The notes beneath the pieces are model-generated. The model was not told where the DNA came from. It saw only the letters and a list, made by a program, of their open reading frames with translations, and made no database searches. From assembly GCF_040564635.1 (NCBI RefSeq), contig NZ_CP159837.1:291801-355800 (forward strand): a stretch of 64,000 nucleotides of DNA, written 5' to 3'. Position 1 is the stretch's first letter. Every line of letters begins with the position of its first letter. This DNA comes from Planktothricoides raciborskii GIHE-MW2 (GTDB taxonomy: Bacteria; Cyanobacteriota; Cyanobacteriia; Cyanobacteriales; Laspinemataceae). This document shows, piece by piece, positions 41,363 to 50,396 of this stretch. The position numbers and the translations under genes are program-made.

Positions 41363-41984
41363 ACCAATTGTCAGCGATCGCTATACCCCAGTGGAATATC
41401 ACCAGTTTTCCCAGCCCAAAAATCTCCGTATAGCGATGAAAATTGCCGGGATACTTTCTTGGCCATTAGTATTACCTTTAGCCTGGTTATCTCGAAAATC
41501 GGATTTTATCTTTCGCACGGTTTCTGAATTATTAGCAATTGTCCCTTATTTATTCGGGGTAATTATCCGATATGAGTTCTACCGCTGGACTTTAACCTGG
41601 TGTGGGAAAAATGTGGCGATCGGCTTTGGCACAATATTGACTTATCGCAATATTAAAATCGGCAGCAATGTCAATATTGGCAACCATATTACGATTCATT
41701 ATTGCGATATTGGGTCTTATGTTTTGATTGCCGACGGTTGCCAACTTTTGAGTGGTTCCCGCTATCACAATTTCGATCGCACCGACATTCCCATCGCCTT
41801 ACAAGGTGGCCAACTACGGCGAATTCAAATTGGCGATGACTGCTGGATCGGGGCCAATGCAGTGGTGATGAACGATATCGGTCAAGGGAGTGTGGTTGGG
41901 GCGGGGGCGGTTGTCACCAAGGCCGTAGAACCTTATACCGTTGTAGCGGGAAATCCGGCAAAACCAATCAGGAGTCGTTTATGA
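41349..41984 (+). CDS. membrane-anchored hexapeptide-repeat acyltransferase (WcaF-like)
   Basis: N-terminal TM segments followed by left-handed-helix hexads (IGSNVNIGNHITI ... IGANAVVM ... VVGAGAVV). Confidence 0.75.
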   Translation: MKLVEPIVSDRYTPVEYHQFSQPKNLRIAMKIAGILSWPLVLPLAWLSRKSDFIFRTVSELLAIVPYLFGVIIRYEFYRWTLTWCGKNVAIGFGTILTYRNIKIGSNVNIGNHITIHYCDIGSYVLIADGCQLLSGSRYHNFDRTDIPIALQGGQLRRIQIGDDCWIGANAVVMNDIGQGSVVGAGAVVTKAVEPYTVVAGNPAKPIRSRL

Positions 41985-42994
41985 ATCCCATGAATCAAAT
42001 CCAAGCCTCAACCGAGGGTAGGGTGGGCAAAATTTTGCCCACCCTACGGATAGCGATCGCCTGTATTCTCAGCACGATCCTCGGCTGTGCTTCCAAAGCC
42101 AACATTTCCCCTCCCTTTGAAGCGGGGGCAAAGGGGTATTCCCCAACCCCGAAATCGACTAACGACTTTCCTGACTATTCTCGTACCCCGGTGCTATTTG
42201 TCCACGGTTCCGGCTTAAGTTCAAGCACATGGCAGCCCATGATCAAACATCTGCAAGAAATTGGTTATCCATCGGCATATCTTTACGCCGTGGAGATCCA
42301 GCCCAATGATGGGGCAAACGATCGCGCCGCCGAAACCTTCATTGCCCCTGCGGTGGAGTCGATGTTGGCCAAAGCCCAGGCAGCCGCCAGAGATGCCGCC
42401 AAACAAAAATCTAACGTCCCAAAAAATATCGAACCGATACCCGTGAAGGTGGATATCGTAGCGCACAGTATGGGGGCGGTAAGCAGTCGCTGGTACATCG
42501 CCAAACTGCATCCAGAACGGGTACGCACTTGGATTTCCCTTGCCGGGGCTAATCATGGCACCAATGCCCTCTGCGGTTATTCCGGAGCAGGGAATCAACA
42601 AATGTGTCCAGCCTTTGCCACTTCTGCGGAGGACAGTCCCTTGCAGGTGGCACTCAATGGCACCCCCAGCGCCCCGATTGATGAAACTCCCTTCGGACTG
42701 GGAGTTGATTCCCCAGAAGTCAAAACCATTCCCCCAGACACAGACCGAGAGATTTTATATCTCTCCGTGCGAATTGAACCCGATGGTTGGATTAAACCAG
42801 AAAATAGTGCCGTAATTGATGGGGCTGGAGGACTGCCCATCCCCATCCCTGCGGGAGTCCCGGTGCAAGAAACCAGTCCCGGCAACTACTTATTTCAAGG
42901 TCGCGTCGGCCACGATCCCCTGCCCCAAGACCCGGATCTAATTCGTCTGGTAGCCAGTATGCTTAGTGTCCGCGACGGACAGGAGAGGCGTTAA
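41981..42994 (+). CDS. lipoprotein lipase/esterase (alpha/beta hydrolase, Lipase_2-like)
   Basis: Lipobox ILGCAS, nucleophile elbow AHSMGA, and PVLFVHGSG. A 30-bp perfect palindrome lies in the signal-peptide coding region. Confidence 0.7.
   Translation: MNPMNQIQASTEGRVGKILPTLRIAIACILSTILGCASKANISPPFEAGAKGYSPTPKSTNDFPDYSRTPVLFVHGSGLSSSTWQPMIKHLQEIGYPSAYLYAVEIQPNDGANDRAAETFIAPAVESMLAKAQAAARDAAKQKSNVPKNIEPIPVKVDIVAHSMGAVSSRWYIAKLHPERVRTWISLAGANHGTNALCGYSGAGNQQMCPAFATSAEDSPLQVALNGTPSAPIDETPFGLGVDSPEVKTIPPDTDREILYLSVRIEPDGWIKPENSAVIDGAGGLPIPIPAGVPVQETSPGNYLFQGRVGHDPLPQDPDLIRLVASMLSVRDGQERR
42018..42047. repeat. 30-bp perfect palindrome gtagggtgggcaaaattttgcccaccctac, in frame within a CDS (identical copy at 47762-47791)
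   Basis: Exact self-complementarity, and exact identity to the intergenic copy at 47762-47791. Confidence 0.9.
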
Positions 42995-43713
42995 TGAGTA
43001 TCTCTTACCAACTTGTTCCCTTTGATCGAAACACCCCTGCACCCGTGCAAGTTCTCGCTCGACTGCATCAAGAGCTAATCCCCAGTAGCCCAATTGTCTT
43101 ATTGGGTAAGGGATTTATGGAGCAATTTTACTATCATATATTGCCCCGCGAGGGTTTAATTTGTGGTGCCGTGGCCTATATCGACGGTCAACCCGCCGGA
43201 TTTATCGTCGCCACACCAGACTCAGCCCGGTTTATGAGAATTGGCCTCCGACGCCATTGGTGGCGATTAATCTGGATCATTGGCACTTCGGTGCTGCGGG
43301 AACCTAAGCGACTGGCGGCGATTTGGGAAGCATGGCAAATTATGAGGAGTAGGGGTCAATGGCCATTGACCCCTACTGGTGAAGCAGAAGCACTGGAGGG
43401 AGAACTGCTTTCTTTTGGGGTACTGCCTGCTTACCGAAATCCAAAATTTATTAGACAATCTGGTTTACAAATTTCCCAGGATCTTTTCAACCGGGCTGTA
43501 AGCCAGATTCAAGAGGCAGGAATTTGCCAAATTCGAGCGATCGTTGACGCGGACAATACTCCCGCCAAACTGTTTTATCACGGATTGGGATGGCATCTCG
43601 ATCGCACCCAAGTCCCTGGTTGGCGACTTCCCAGTGTGGATTTTGTCTGGCGAAACACGGCAAAAGCAGATCCGGCGCAACCAAGCTTTCAAGCTTTAAA
43701 CAAGGGGAACTGA
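42994..43713 (+). CDS. GNAT-like acyltransferase-fold protein (carries an in-frame palindromic insertion)
   Basis: FGVLPAYRNPKF ... AIVDADNTPAKLFYHGLGW resembles the GNAT core. The palindrome at 43349-43376 is translated as RGQWPLTP. Confidence 0.5.
   Translation: MSISYQLVPFDRNTPAPVQVLARLHQELIPSSPIVLLGKGFMEQFYYHILPREGLICGAVAYIDGQPAGFIVATPDSARFMRIGLRRHWWRLIWIIGTSVLREPKRLAAIWEAWQIMRSRGQWPLTPTGEAEALEGELLSFGVLPAYRNPKFIRQSGLQISQDLFNRAVSQIQEAGICQIRAIVDADNTPAKLFYHGLGWHLDRTQVPGWRLPSVDFVWRNTAKADPAQPSFQALNKGN
43349..43376. repeat. 28-bp perfect palindrome gtaggggtcaatggccattgacccctac, in frame within a CDS (near-identical copy at 48743-48770)
   Basis: Exact self-complementarity. The copy in the intergenic region at 48.7 kb is preceded by a heptamer array. 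Confidence 0.9.
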
Positions 43714-43714
43714 T

Positions 43715-44809
43715 ATGAAAGAAAAACAAGATTCCCTGAAAAAAAGAGAGACTTCCGTTCGTCGCTGGCTATACGGACTATTGGGTCTAATCATCACCAT
43801 TGTCTTTTTAGTCTGGGCATTACGGGGTGTATCCCCAGGGGTGGTATGGCAAGCGGTGCAACAATCCCAAGGAGAATGGGTGCTGCTGGGGTTAATCACC
43901 TTTATCAGTTCCTTTTCCATTCGGGCAAGACGTTGGGGCACCTTGCTGGGGGCACACCACGACCCAGGGTCCTTTAAAATCCGTCAATCTGCGGTGTTCA
44001 TTGGCTTTGCCGGTAATGCTATTCTCCCAGCCCATGCGGGAGAGGTGATTCGTTCTTTAATTCTGCACCGATTTGGCGGCGTTCCTTTGGGGGCAGCCCT
44101 GGGAAGCATCTTCGCCGAACGGTTGCTGGATGCGGTGGTCGCCTTTCTCTTATTATTAATTGCCCTGTTGTCCGTGACCCAAGCTAGTCACCTTGGGGCC
44201 GTACAACCGGGAAATTTCTCCTCTTTGCCCGTTGGCTGGATCGCGCTGGTGTTAGCGATCGCCTGTGTAATGTTCTTATCCGCCGCTAGATGGCCTTTGG
44301 CGATCGCGGAATTCGTTGGCAAAGTTAGCCGAGTCTTCGGTCTGGGTCGCCATGCCCCCCGAATTGAGGCGATCGTCCGCAGTCTACTCAGTGGACTCGA
44401 AGCCCTCCGCTATCCTCAACGGGGCATTATGGCGGTGATGGAGAGTTTCTGTATTTGGGGCATGACCGGCATGACCTACTGGTTCCTGATGTTGGCCTTT
44501 GGCATTAATACCCCCGGCCCAATGGGGGCTTTGTTCGTCCAAGGGGTTGTGGCATTAGCGATCGCCATTCCCTCGTCCCCCGGTTACTTAGGCCCATTTG
44601 AAGCCGCCATCAGATTCGGACTGGGACTCTACGCCATTCCCCCAGATGCGATCGTGGCTTTTGCCATCACCCTGAGAATTCTCATGTTCTTCAGTCTCAC
44701 CGCGATCGGATTTTTCCTCGCCACCCGGTTGGGTCTATCTTGGCATGACTTCATCCAAAGCAAAAACGACCAAAAAGCGGGTGTTTTCACCAAATCTGGA
44801 TCTGGGTGA
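43715..44809 (+). CDS. polytopic membrane protein of the lysylphosphatidylglycerol-synthase-TM / flippase-like (UPF0104) family
   Basis: Eight hydrophobic segments and an N-terminal KKRETSVRRWLYGLLGLIITIVFLVWALRGV typical of this family. Confidence 0.65.
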   Translation: MKEKQDSLKKRETSVRRWLYGLLGLIITIVFLVWALRGVSPGVVWQAVQQSQGEWVLLGLITFISSFSIRARRWGTLLGAHHDPGSFKIRQSAVFIGFAGNAILPAHAGEVIRSLILHRFGGVPLGAALGSIFAERLLDAVVAFLLLLIALLSVTQASHLGAVQPGNFSSLPVGWIALVLAIACVMFLSAARWPLAIAEFVGKVSRVFGLGRHAPRIEAIVRSLLSGLEALRYPQRGIMAVMESFCIWGMTGMTYWFLMLAFGINTPGPMGALFVQGVVALAIAIPSSPGYLGPFEAAIRFGLGLYAIPPDAIVAFAITLRILMFFSLTAIGFFLATRLGLSWHDFIQSKNDQKAGVFTKSGSG

Positions 44810-44855
44810 GGAGGCAAAAATTACGAAGAGAAACCCCATTCCTGAGATTAAAACC

Positions 44856-45857
44856 ATGAACAAAAATAAAAATAAGCAACAAAATAACAAACCCTACGCC
44901 AGCTTATCCCTAGACCTGGATAACAAATGGTCATATATGAAAACTCACGGCGATCGCGGTTGGGAAACTTTCCCCTCCTACTTGGATATTGTTGTGCCTC
45001 GGTTCCTGGAATTTCTCAAAGCCAGAAATCAGACCATTACTGTCTTTATTGTCGGTCAAGATGCGGCATTAGAAAAAAACCACCAAGCCCTAAAAGCGAT
45101 CGCCGATGCAGGCCATGAAATTGGCAATCATTCCTTTAATCACGAACCGTGGTTACATCTTTATTCCGAGGCAGAAATTGAACAAGAAATTGTCATAGCC
45201 CAACAGCAGATTAAGCAAGTCACGGGCAAACGTCCCATTGGATTTCGCGGCCCTGGTTTCAGTATTTCCCAAAACACTTTACAGGTTTTGAAAAGACAAG
45301 GCTATGAATATGATGCCTCAACTTTCCCCACTTTTCTCGGCCCGCTTGCCCGGGCTTATTATTTCCTCACCACCAAATTAGACCCGGAAGAACAACGCAA
45401 ACGCAAAGCATTATTTGGCAGTCTCGCCGAAGGATTTCGACCCTTAAAACCCTATCATTGGCATCTGGATGCCGGGGAAATTGTGGAAATTCCTGTAACT
45501 ACCATGCCCATTTTTAAAGTGCCGATTCATGTCAGCTATATTCTCTATCTCAGTCAATTTTCAACGGGGTTAGCCTTACTTTATTTTCGGATAGCCATGT
45601 TGTTATGCCGCTTAACCGGAGTGCAACCGTCTTTATTGCTTCATCCTTTGGATTTTCTTGGTTATGATGATGCCCCAGAGTTGGCATTTTTCCCGGCGAT
45701 GAAACTGCCCTCGGCAAAGAAAATAGAAATCCTCAGTCAAGTGCTTAATTTAATGTCCGATCGCTTCACAATTGTGACGATGCAGCAGTATGCTCGCGAA
45801 GTATCGCAAAAAGCGAATCTGCCCCTGGTGCAGCCAAATTTTCAACATAATTGTTGA
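44856..45857 (+). CDS. polysaccharide deacetylase (NodB homology domain)
   Basis: LSLDLD (TFDD-like motif) and GNHSFNHEPW (HSxxH). The start is chosen at MNKNK; an in-frame extension to 44745 would overlap the upstream gene by 65 bp. Confidence 0.8.
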   Translation: MNKNKNKQQNNKPYASLSLDLDNKWSYMKTHGDRGWETFPSYLDIVVPRFLEFLKARNQTITVFIVGQDAALEKNHQALKAIADAGHEIGNHSFNHEPWLHLYSEAEIEQEIVIAQQQIKQVTGKRPIGFRGPGFSISQNTLQVLKRQGYEYDASTFPTFLGPLARAYYFLTTKLDPEEQRKRKALFGSLAEGFRPLKPYHWHLDAGEIVEIPVTTMPIFKVPIHVSYILYLSQFSTGLALLYFRIAMLLCRLTGVQPSLLLHPLDFLGYDDAPELAFFPAMKLPSAKKIEILSQVLNLMSDRFTIVTMQQYAREVSQKANLPLVQPNFQHNC

Positions 45858-45951
45858 TTGTTGATTGTTGATTGTTGATTGTTGATTGTTGTTTGTTGTT
45901 TGTTGTTTGTTCAGCAACCACCAACCACCAAGCACCAACCACCAACCACCA
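45851..45951. repeat. STRR-like heptamer array (ttgttga)n that switches to an (accaacc)n array
   Basis: Direct read. The TGA stop of the deacetylase is part of the first repeat. Confidence 0.85.
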
Positions 45952-46029
45952 AAAAAATAATCAGCGGATGTCCCCCTATTTTCAATTACCAAGGGATATC
46001 CGCTGTAAAAAGATTCTCGGAAAGCTAGA

Positions 46030-46329
46030 TCAACTGCTACCAGTAAATTGAAGTTCTGGAAATTTACCTTGAGCAGAGGATAAAGGAAGCCGTCTGCCTT
46101 CTTCTTGCCAATAGTTAATTACTTCTGTAGCTTTATTGAGTAACTCGACGCGATCGACTTCGGCGATCCAGTGCTTGCCTTCGAGTTCATTCTTCAGTTC
46201 TTCCCAGGCATCATTGCGAGGCCAAAAGAAGTAACGAGTTAATGGACTGGTGCCTTGACCAACAACTTGATCTACCGCAAGGGCTACGTTGTCCTCTAGC
46301 CAGAGAACCTTTAGAATGAATTTTGACAA
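46030..46329 (-). CDS. ycf65: ribosomal protein PSRP-3 / Ycf65 homolog
   Basis: [21 protein letters not shown]...[23 protein letters not shown]...VINYWQEEG matches the conserved Ycf65 sequence. Confidence 0.8.
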   Translation of the reverse strand: MSKFILKVLWLEDNVALAVDQVVGQGTSPLTRYFFWPRNDAWEELKNELEGKHWIAEVDRVELLNKATEVINYWQEEGRRLPLSSAQGKFPELQFTGSS

Positions 46330-46442
46330 TCAAACCTCCCGGACAATGCGGTGACTATTTTACAAATGTACAATTCTCTATTGTACAACAATTTTTGTCA
46401 ATAGCGCAGTTATACAGCAATTATTTTTTTGGGAGGAAATCA

Positions 46443-47267
46443 GTGAGCGGGGAATCAACTAGAGGCGACCGGGCAATCGCGATCGCGGTTTTTGATATCG
46501 ATGGGGTGGTCAGGGACGTGAGTGGGTCATACCGACGGGCGATCGCGGATACCGTGGAACACTTCACCGCCGCCAAATACCGCCCGACATACCGCCCCAC
46601 CCCTGGGGATATCGACCAACTCAAATCAGAAGGCATCTGGAATAATGACTGGGAAGCTTCCCAAGAATTAATCTATCGCTATTTTGAACGGCAAGGTCAA
46701 AGCCGTGGGGAAATAAATCTTGACTTTGAAACCTTAGTGGCATTTTTTCAATCCCGGTATCGCGGCACCGACCCGGTGAACATGAATGGCTACATCACCC
46801 AAGAACCTTTACTATTACAACCCAGTTACTTAGCCAGTCTCACAAATGCGGGAATTCCTTGGGGATTTTTTAGTGGGGCAATGCGGGCAGAAGTTGCTTA
46901 TGTGCTAGAAGGGGCGTTAGGGCTGGAAAATCCCGTGGTTGTAGCGATGGAAGATGCCCCCGGAAAGCCCGACCCCACCGGACTTTTTGCCGTTTTAGCC
47001 CAACTGCAACAACAGTATCCCATCTCAAAAACGACTCCAACGATCTATGTCGGCGATACGGTGGCGGATATGTGGACGGTGCAGAAAGCTAAGGAACAAC
47101 AAGGCGATCGCTTTTGGGTCGGGGTGGGAGTCTTGCCCCCTCATGTCACGAGCGATCGCCGGGAAGCCTATATTCAAAACCTAGAAAAAGCGGGCGCCGC
47201 TGTGGTCCTGAGCAACGTCCAAGAATTAACCCCAGAATTAATTCAAAAATTAGTTATTGGTTGTTAG
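46443..47267 (+). CDS. HAD-superfamily hydrolase
   Basis: Motif I FDIDGVV, later GDTVADM, and a GGAGG RBS 8 nt upstream of a GTG start. The 3' end is built from heptamer repeats. Confidence 0.7.
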   Translation: MSGESTRGDRAIAIAVFDIDGVVRDVSGSYRRAIADTVEHFTAAKYRPTYRPTPGDIDQLKSEGIWNNDWEASQELIYRYFERQGQSRGEINLDFETLVAFFQSRYRGTDPVNMNGYITQEPLLLQPSYLASLTNAGIPWGFFSGAMRAEVAYVLEGALGLENPVVVAMEDAPGKPDPTGLFAVLAQLQQQYPISKTTPTIYVGDTVADMWTVQKAKEQQGDRFWVGVGVLPPHVTSDRREAYIQNLEKAGAAVVLSNVQELTPELIQKLVIGC

Positions 47268-47395
47268 TTATTGGGTAGGGATTCTTTCGTTGTTAGTTGT
47301 TAGTTATTGGTTGTTGCTTGTTAGTTGTTCGTGGTCGAATTTTCAGAACTAATAACTAACAACTAATAACCAATAACAATAGACTTGTTACTTTC
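47245..47395. repeat. imperfect inverted pair of (ttgttag/ttattgg)n heptamer arrays
   Basis: ttgttagttattgg ... array followed by its approximate reverse complement aactaataactaacaactaataaccaataacaa. Confidence 0.8.
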
Positions 47396-47689
47396 CCAGG
47401 CTAAAAAGCCTATAAGGGTTTTAATGGTGGGGGTTATCAATCCATTATTTTGCAAAAGCTTCAATAATTTCTTATTCAGCTTACCGATTTTCCAAAAGTC
47501 TCAACATGAAATAAAATAGCAGATCGCACATCATTGAGATCCTCTTGATATGTATCCCCTTGACCGACTACAACTCCCTTGATACCTAAAGGATAGGCAA
47601 CATAACCATCAGGGTGTTTTTCTACAATAATTTTGCTATTTTTCATCGTTTTTTCTATTAAAAAAACAACGAAATTGACTGGAATTGTA

Positions 47690-47845
47690 TTTAGTTGGTT
47701 GTTGTTTGTTAATTGTTGGTTGTTAATTGTTTTTTGTTGTTTGTTCCAGATTATTCCATTGGTAGGGTGGGCAAAATTTTGCCCACCCTACTAATAACGA
47801 ACAACCAACAACAACCAACAACCAACAACCAACAACCAACAACAA
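47690..47845. repeat. composite element: GT-rich heptamer array, then the 30-bp palindrome (47762-47791), then an AC-rich (caaccaa)n array
   Basis: Direct read. The arms are approximate reverse complements, so the whole element could form a hairpin of about 150 nt. Confidence 0.85.
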
Positions 47846-48655
47846 TTACTTAATTTCAATAAATTTTTGCAAAGCGGCGACCATTGCCGGAGGCCAACGG
47901 CGAATCTGACTCACCCAAGTGAGGTCTTGATAACGGCGATCTAATCCTGCTGCTGCCACCCAGTTACTTTCGGCTTCGCCAATTTTGCCTTCTGACCACA
48001 GGGCGGCGCTAAGGGCTGCCCGCATATCGGCAAATTTGGGGTATTTGCGGACTAAGTTTTTCATCTGCCGCAAGGCTTCGGACTTTTCCCCAAGCTGATA
48101 CAGGGCCAGGGCATAGTTTGCGCGGGCAAAGGCATAGTCGGGGGCTAATTCACTGGCTATTTCATAGTCAGCCACAGCCGCTTGCCATTGTCCTAAACCC
48201 GCTTCCGCATTGCCTCGGTTATTGTAGGCTGCGGGATCTTCGGGGTTGAGTTCTAGGACATGGTTATAGTCCGCGATCGCCTCTTCATAGCGCCCCAACC
48301 CTTCCCACGCGGTGCCCCGGTTGAGATAGGCATCCGGGGCATTGGGATAAAGTTCTATAGACTTGTTATAGTCCGCGATCGCCTCTGCCAACTTATTCTG
48401 GCTAACCCTAGAATTGCCTCGGTTACTCCAAATTGCCGGATTTTCGGGAAACATTTGTAAAATTTCCGTCCAATAAGCCTCTGCCGTGGCAAAGTCTCCG
48501 GCATTAGTCGCGGACATAGCTTGACTGACCAACTCTTCCGCTTGAATAATTTGGGTTTCGGTGGTGGGATTTTCTGATTTGGCCATTACCGGCGCCATAT
48601 TTCCCAACCAAATCCCCACAGTAACAATCAGTACACACAATAACCTTAAAATCAC
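47846..48655 (-). CDS. secreted TPR-repeat protein
   Basis: Signal peptide, then at least six TPR units (AxxYxxRGxAxxxLGxxxEAIADYxxAxELxP). Confidence 0.8.
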   Translation of the reverse strand: MILRLLCVLIVTVGIWLGNMAPVMAKSENPTTETQIIQAEELVSQAMSATNAGDFATAEAYWTEILQMFPENPAIWSNRGNSRVSQNKLAEAIADYNKSIELYPNAPDAYLNRGTAWEGLGRYEEAIADYNHVLELNPEDPAAYNNRGNAEAGLGQWQAAVADYEIASELAPDYAFARANYALALYQLGEKSEALRQMKNLVRKYPKFADMRAALSAALWSEGKIGEAESNWVAAAGLDRRYQDLTWVSQIRRWPPAMVAALQKFIEIK

Positions 48656-48835
48656 AGTATCCTCACAATTACCGTTTATGGCAATTGTACGAAAATTTCG
48701 CTCGCTGTTACAAATACAAGGTTATTTCTGGTTTGTTTGTTGTTTGTTGTTTGTAGGGGTCAATGGCCATTGACCCCTAAATTAAACCCTACATTGACCC
48801 TAGAACAGAAAAATTTAATTTGGGCAAGTCATCGA

Positions 48836-50383
48836 TTAATCACCAGCTAAAAGGGCTTTTGTTTGTGACTCACCGGCTAGACGAAGTTGCTGTTTCAGTT
48901 TCCACGTTAAAGCGGCAATAATACTGGAATGACTGAGGACAACTCCGAGAAAACCGTTTAATGAGATATATTCAGTGCCTAAAAATGGGAGTGGGGTAAA
49001 CAGATACAATTCGGGAACATAGTCTGGATTAACCTGGAATATCCCTAAAAGCAATAAGGGAAATATCATGGCGATGCCGATACTTGAAGCAGCCCAAATT
49101 GCCCGTTTATTGTTTTTAATTAGCAGCATCAGTTGAGCTAAGACTGCATAGATCAACATTAAGGTACAAGCAATGAAAATACCCGCGATCGCCCATATTT
49201 GTTCTTTGCTATCTATGGGATATAACAAAATCCAAGGCAGGAAAATACCGATTGTGATGCCAAGATTAATCGCGATCGCTACTGGGGCAGGACTTTTTTC
49301 ACCAAATATCCAATCTTGCCAGGAATATTTCAAATTTTGAGTATGGGAATATCGCGCCCAATCTTGCAAAGTTTGGCGATGGGGAGACAGCATAGCAATC
49401 AAACCCATAAACCAGCATAAGTTGATTAAAGCAAGGGCAATTATGCTGTTTTCAAAAACATAATTGCTGGGTGGAAATAGGTTGATTTGGGGTAGAACAA
49501 AACCTAGTAAATTAATCTCAAAACAAGCGACTAAGCTGTAACTCTCTTTTTTGCTAAAAATTGTCGCGGTGGTATTTTTAAAGCGGCGGTTTAACCCTCG
49601 CCAAATCCAATAAATCCACAGAAGACAATTGAAGATAGCAAATCCTCGGAATGCGAAGATATTATCGGCGATCGCAGTCCAAAACCATTGCAAGTCTTGA
49701 AATTCCATGTAGTAATCATATAAAATGCCGAAATCCGTATATAGAGATAACCAAAGGCAAAAAGTAGCTGTGCCTGCGGCGATCGCCCCTTGAGTTCCGC
49801 CCAGAAAAACGTAAAGCATTCCCAGGCTGTAGAAGAAACCGCAAATTGCCCCTAAGAGTACATAGAAACTCAGTAGCAAAGGTACAGAAAAATCAGCCGC
49901 GATCGCTGACCAAATATGCAAAGGCAAAGCCACCGCAGCCCCTAAAAAAATAATGATGGGAACTCCCAGCATTTTGCCCAAGAGAATAGTATAAGTTGAC
50001 TGAGGAGTTAGGCGAATAAAATTTAAAGTGCCGCGCCGCTGTTCTTCAGCTAAATTTGAGACTAATAAATAAACTCCACCGACCACCAGAGTCAAAACCA
50101 AAATCCAACTAAAACTATGGTGTAAATCTTTCCACCACTCCGGCCAATTAATCGTACAAAAACCCTCTGTTTCCGTACAATATGGATGATAAAGTTCTAT
50201 TTTTCTGGAGGGCAGTTGTACCCAGAAGTAAAGTAATAACAAAAGCTGAATCGCCAGAGATGCGCCAATACCGAGGAAAACGTTACGATTGTTCAGCCGT
50301 CCTTTGAATTCACGGAATATTTGCGGATTCCATTCGCCGATGGGATCTAATAATGAAATATTCATCGTATTTTTTTGGGTCAT
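48836..50383 (-). CDS. long ABC-2-like permease paralog C (last gene of ABC operon)
   Basis: Conserved with its two neighbours: WNPQIFREFKGRL, EQRRGTLNFIRLTPQS...ILLGK (an ABC-2 'E-x-GTLE' like motif) and SPHRQTLQDWARYSH. About 12 TM segments. Confidence 0.55.
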   Translation of the reverse strand: MTQKNTMNISLLDPIGEWNPQIFREFKGRLNNRNVFLGIGASLAIQLLLLLYFWVQLPSRKIELYHPYCTETEGFCTINWPEWWKDLHHSFSWILVLTLVVGGVYLLVSNLAEEQRRGTLNFIRLTPQSTYTILLGKMLGVPIIIFLGAAVALPLHIWSAIAADFSVPLLLSFYVLLGAICGFFYSLGMLYVFLGGTQGAIAAGTATFCLWLSLYTDFGILYDYYMEFQDLQWFWTAIADNIFAFRGFAIFNCLLWIYWIWRGLNRRFKNTTATIFSKKESYSLVACFEINLLGFVLPQINLFPPSNYVFENSIIALALINLCWFMGLIAMLSPHRQTLQDWARYSHTQNLKYSWQDWIFGEKSPAPVAIAINLGITIGIFLPWILLYPIDSKEQIWAIAGIFIACTLMLIYAVLAQLMLLIKNNKRAIWAASSIGIAMIFPLLLLGIFQVNPDYVPELYLFTPLPFLGTEYISLNGFLGVVLSHSSIIAALTWKLKQQLRLAGESQTKALLAGD

Positions 50384-50396
50384 AGTTAGTGGTTAG

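Noticed and set aside
42221-42885. Multiple ORFs of 60-126 aa on both strands inside the lipase gene
   Set aside because: They are shadow frames of a GC-rich gene whose + strand product has lipobox and GHSMGA motifs.
45851-45951. Heptamer array as a long RNA hairpin
   Set aside because: (ttgttga)n and (accaacc)n are not reverse complements of each other (the complement of accaacc is ggttggt). They represent a polarity switch in composition rather than a true stem. The arrays at 47245-47395 and 47690-47845 are genuinely inverted.
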